Shown here piece after piece: positions 59,950 to 64,000 of a stretch of DNA of 64,000 nt. A program made the translations under genes and the position numbers. The notes under the pieces were generated by a model. The model saw nothing but the letters and a program-made list of their open reading frames with translations. It was not told where the DNA came from and did no database searches. Position 1 is the stretch's first letter. The number at the start of each line of letters is the position of its first letter. The DNA is from Anthoceros angustus (taxonomy: Eukaryota > Plantae > Anthocerotophyta), in NCBI GenBank assembly GCA_010909165.1, contig MU008196.1:1-64000 (forward strand), read 5' to 3'.

Positions 59950-61590
59950 CTCCTAACCGATCCCTCCTGGGTCCCCATCTTGGGCCTGCCTCGAGTCCGG
60001 ACCTCGGTCCTGTCTCTCACAGAGTCCGGACCTCCGAGTCCGTGATTTCGTGGAGGCCGGACCTCGGGGTCCGCCTTTCTTCATGAGTCCTGACAAAGTC
60101 CAGACTCACGAGCACCCGGCTCGCCAGACTTCTCAATGGTTCACCCACCGAGTCCTCCCCTGCTCGCTGCCAGTTCGAGCCCACGGCCTCTGTGGCCCTC
60201 CTCCCCTCCTTCTTGGTGAGGTGAGGCTTACCTCCCAGCGCAGGCCTTCCCTCACGCCTTGCTCCTCCACCGCCCCTCGCCGCTGCCGCCAAAATCGCCT
60301 CCTAAGGTCCCCATGCTATCTCCGGGCCCTCCTCCCCTCGCCTCCTTCCGACCCATCTGAAACGGCCCACCGCTGCGGGTGGCGCGACACCCATAGGCCT
60401 TGAGAAGCTTCGCGTGTAGTAGGCAAAGTCGAATCGACTTGTTGAATTGCCTCCTCCACATGGGCTCCGAGCACCCTGCTTCTCCTCCGAGGTGCTCCAG
60501 AACAAGCGTGTTGTCTCACGTCCGCCCGCTCGCCGCCAGCTTGCAACAGAGCCGGGCATTTCTTGATGCCGCCAAGGCGGCCTCAAACACCTCCGCGGCC
60601 TTTCTTTGCTGCTCGTCTCCTCCTCCCTTTGCGTTGCGGCTCCACCCAATTCTTTGCGCCATGGTGAGCTCCCCCTCGCCTCCAATCGGACAGCGACCTC
60701 TGCTCCTCCTCCAGCGCTCTCGTCCCTCCGTTCATCCTTGCAGGAGTCCGCCACTTCCTTCTCCAGGCGGGCGGTATCTCCGACTCCTCCTCGCCTCCTC
60801 CGGCTCCTTCTTGACTGGCGGCGTCCAACTCCTTGGATCGCGCCTATTCTCCTCCGTCTTCAGCGGTGGGCGCTCTATCTCTTTCGAAGTCTTGGATTCT
60901 CTCGTTGAGAATCCCGTGTTGCTCCAGCGTCTTGGAGTTGCTCGGTGTCCTTGCGCCTTCCAACTCTGGCCGCTCCTCCGCTTCCCTACGTGCACCGGAG
61001 GTCCCCTATTTCTCGGTGCTGGCCTCCATCTCTTCCTGGCTCGCACTTTACTCAGCGCCACTGTTCGGCCTTGTTAGCAGCCACCGCCGTCTCTCTCACG
61101 GTTCCGATCACGTCGGTAGTGATCCCGATCGACCTTGCCGCCTCCTCCGCCTCCGCGCGCCTTCACACGAGCCTCGCCGGCTTGGTGTTGGTCTAGCCAG
61201 CCGCCTCGGCGGTCGCATGGCGTTCTCCGCCCCTCGACCTCCTCCGCCTCCTCCTCCTCCGCCTCGTTTGCGAGGTCTTGGCCGTGCTTGGGCCTCCTGC
61301 GCCGCTTGGCTATTCACAATTTGAAGGATCTTAGTCGGTCTTCTTTGGACTGTCGACTCTTCGCTCCGCCTCCAGGCGTTTCCCTCCTCGATTCGAGCGA
61401 GGGATTCCGCCTCCTCCTCGCCTCCTCCTCCACCTGCTCTGGGAGGGCACCATGCGCCTTCTTGTGGCCTCCACCTCCACAGGTCTTCTCGGTAGTCAAG
61501 AAGACCCCAAAGCATACTCCATGATTTGTGGCTAAACCCCTTGGCTTCTCCACACGGCCGGCTGGGAGATGCCGAAGTCCGCTGTGGCGG
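59950..61590 (-). repeat. Inverted copy of GC-rich segment D
   Basis: Reverse-complement homology to 52290-53960. Confidence 0.8.
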
Positions 61591-62154
61591 GCATCTCCCG
61601 GTCCGTTAAGGGGTGTGGTCATGACATGGAGTGGTACGTCTGTAGGTGGTCATGCCCTGATATGTTCATGCTTAATACGCATAGTGTGGTACGGCATGCA
61701 TGCGTGTATGACATGTATGATGCATGTATGGCGTGTATGATGTATGTGTGGTGTGTGAGGACAACGGACGAAGACATGAAATTAGGTAGTCACGGCATCA
61801 TTGCCCAATCACCGACAGCGGCGGTATGGTAGCGATTCGAATTGGGCATCATGGCACCCGATCACGGGCGCGGGATTGACAAGAAGGGCAGCGTCGTGGG
61901 TAGATAAAGGGGCATAGGCGTGGGAAGGCGGATTGCGATGTCTGCTCGATTGAGCGGCCATACGGATCCCAAGGGGTTCTTTCGTGGGCGAGCTTTGGCA
62001 AAGGGGGAGTGAGGGGTTTTTGTTGGGAATAGGAGAAGAACTCATTTTCACATCAGCAATCCACTTTTCGTAGCTTAGCCGGGTATGTGCTACAAAGAAC
62101 GCAAGTGATGACCGTACGGAACGCAAAGGACCGTGACACACTCGAGATAAGTCA

Positions 62155-63517
62155 ATGGTGGAAATTGCTGAGAATGCTATAGGTTATTCTGTGCTATTCT
62201 ATGCGGGTCGATCCATCCTTCACCTGGCCGCCTTGGCGGAACTAGAACCGGTGACTGCGGGCGTAGACGTGGACGAAGTGATTGACAAGGCCCTGCTAGC
62301 GGATTGGACTGAAGGAGGCACTAACACCGACTTTGATGGAATGCCATACATAGTCTCTCGCAGGGGACGAGAGTGAGAGGGTGATGGTGTTCTTGCGCCT
62401 CGCTGGACAAACTACACACCTATCCAAGAAGCTCGCAGTCCCACCGCCCAAAGATCCCCGCCCATGATTAGGAGGACGGTTCGAGTGGAGTCAAAGTCCC
62501 ATCCGCCCATCGCATTTGAAGAAAGTTGTGGCGGAGCAAGAATGGAGTACGAGGCGCCTAGCAAGAACGATGTGTTCACCGGCGGCATGGTAGCATGTCA
62601 CTTGCCGACTTTGAAGAGAAGTTCAGTGGGCAATCGATGAGATGGTGCTCAAATACAAATCTGAGTTCACACCCGAGATGGCATTAAGGAAAATGAGCAC
62701 CTTCCTAGCATGAGAAGCGCTAATCTATGTGGACCCAAGGATCAAATCTTGCAGGATGCACGGACTTTGGCGAGGGCAAGAAGGGCTAAGAAGACGTCAA
62801 AGGGAAGTGAAGAGGAAGAAGCGTCAAGCTCCATGCAAGGTGATGCAATCACGTATTTAGTGGATGAAATGTTTGCCAAGTTTGGGAGATGTTTAGGTAT
62901 CCTCCATAGAAAGATCCAAGAACTATCAAAGTTCGTCATCAAGCCCAATGAACCTCTCGGTCCACTTCTGAGGCTAAGGCAGCTGGTGAAGGACACACGA
63001 GTGAAGGCATGCGAAGCCGCCCAAATATACATAGTTGCGCTTGGGCGGGCAAGGAGAGTGATTGCCAACTTCCTTCACATGATGCAGTGCTGATTATGAG
63101 TTAGCGGGCCTACGAGATGGCTGAAAGGGTCATGAAAGGTGATGTTGTGACCAGCGTCTTGGGAAGAACATGGCACAGTGAGGACACATCAACCTCGAAC
63201 ACGCACCGGTTCCAAGGAAGAAACGTGCCTCGGGAATAGGCAAAGCGCTATGCGAGAGTTCCCCCCACTAAGGAGGTCATCAACAGTGCAGCCACTACCA
63301 AGGCAACGGTGAAGTGCCTACGGTGCAGGGGGCCGCACAAAGCCTACGAGTGCGAATATCGACTCGGTGGAGCCAAGGAAAAGGAGGTGTGCAGAGCCTG
63401 TGCCAAGACAGGGCACACGGAGGCAGCATGTTGGCAGGCCCATCCCGAGTTTAAACCTAGAGCGTTGGGAGAGCGGGTCGTCAAGAAAGCTAAGTCGACG
63501 GTGGGTTATACCCGGAA
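62155..63517 (+). pseudogene. gag: Retrotransposon gag remnant with two zinc knuckles
   Basis: CLRCRGPHKAYEC and CRACAKTGHTEAAC in ORF 63309-63533, with helical gag-like ORF 62710-63093 upstream. Confidence 0.65.
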
Positions 63518-63710
63518 TGAAACTTTTATTTAGCGGAAGCTAGTTGTATTGCAAGAAGGAATAAAAGCAATTAATTAAAGTTGAATACAAAATTGTCTTA
63601 AGTACTTCATGTGAGCAGGTGTGACTATTCACCACTAACCAATATATTAAAATAACTAAATAATAACTGGTAGGTTAATAAGAACCTTTCACATTTTAAC
63701 ACTCCCACTT
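63518..63710 (-). mobile_element. Copia-type 3' LTR (184 bp, 63518-63701) with PPT, inserted in the gag remnant
   Basis: Minus AAGTGGGAG (63702-63710) directly followed by TGTTAAAA...TTTCA. Confidence 0.65.
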
Positions 63711-64000
63711 AACCTAAGCAGGTAGTTATTTATCCACCATTCCAGGTAAAAATAGGTAACTCCACGTAAATATGGATAATGCCAGGTAAATACGGGTAGA
63801 TACAAGTAAAAAACCGTTATGTACCCATCACCATGCATGGATGATGGGGGTTGTTGGGCATTAAAGCCCATACCCCTCCCGCTCCCCGTGAAAGCCGTAA
63901 GGCAAGGCGCCGACCTCAAAAGCACGCGGCCATGGAAGCGGACAAGCGTGAACACGGGCCGTCATTTCGAGCGGAGGGCATCGCCAGTAACAATGGAGGG

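Overview
This window is eukaryotic, repeat-saturated DNA, most likely from a non-seed land plant or other streptophyte. That assignment is an inference from the Athila/Tat-like Gypsy integrases, the iMet-primed Copia element, telobox motifs and ~70-85 bp GT-AG introns. No host gene, rRNA, tRNA or CRISPR array is supportable. The main signal is not in the ORF track. Two copies of a minus-strand, intron-rich gene (about 6424-3239 and 14849-11667) splice into a Crypton/DUF3504-type tyrosine recombinase: FGVRGGEE...EERF(S)KNY...WY...YTNKSCRVTMITR...TGH...RYDRS, then a coiled-coil tail. The second copy lies head-to-head with another intron-rich gene of unknown function (from 23408). Together they form a candidate element of about 10 kb (11178-25326 minus a 4270 bp tandem duplication) inserted in a Gypsy integrase. 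The rest of the window is nested transposons: Gypsy RNase H-integrase with a long linker, Sola-like (DUF7869-type) transposase remnants, a Copia element, a gag-only element with 2 kb LTRs that differ by an inversion, and a 4.9 kb ORF-bearing solo LTR with a perfect 5 bp target-site duplication (TSD). Nearly all coding regions are frameshifted. The indel-rich pattern and an N at 30314 suggest imperfect long-read assembly, so real decay and sequencing error cannot be told apart. All protein reconstructions are manual, across frameshifts, and coordinates of degenerate features are approximate.
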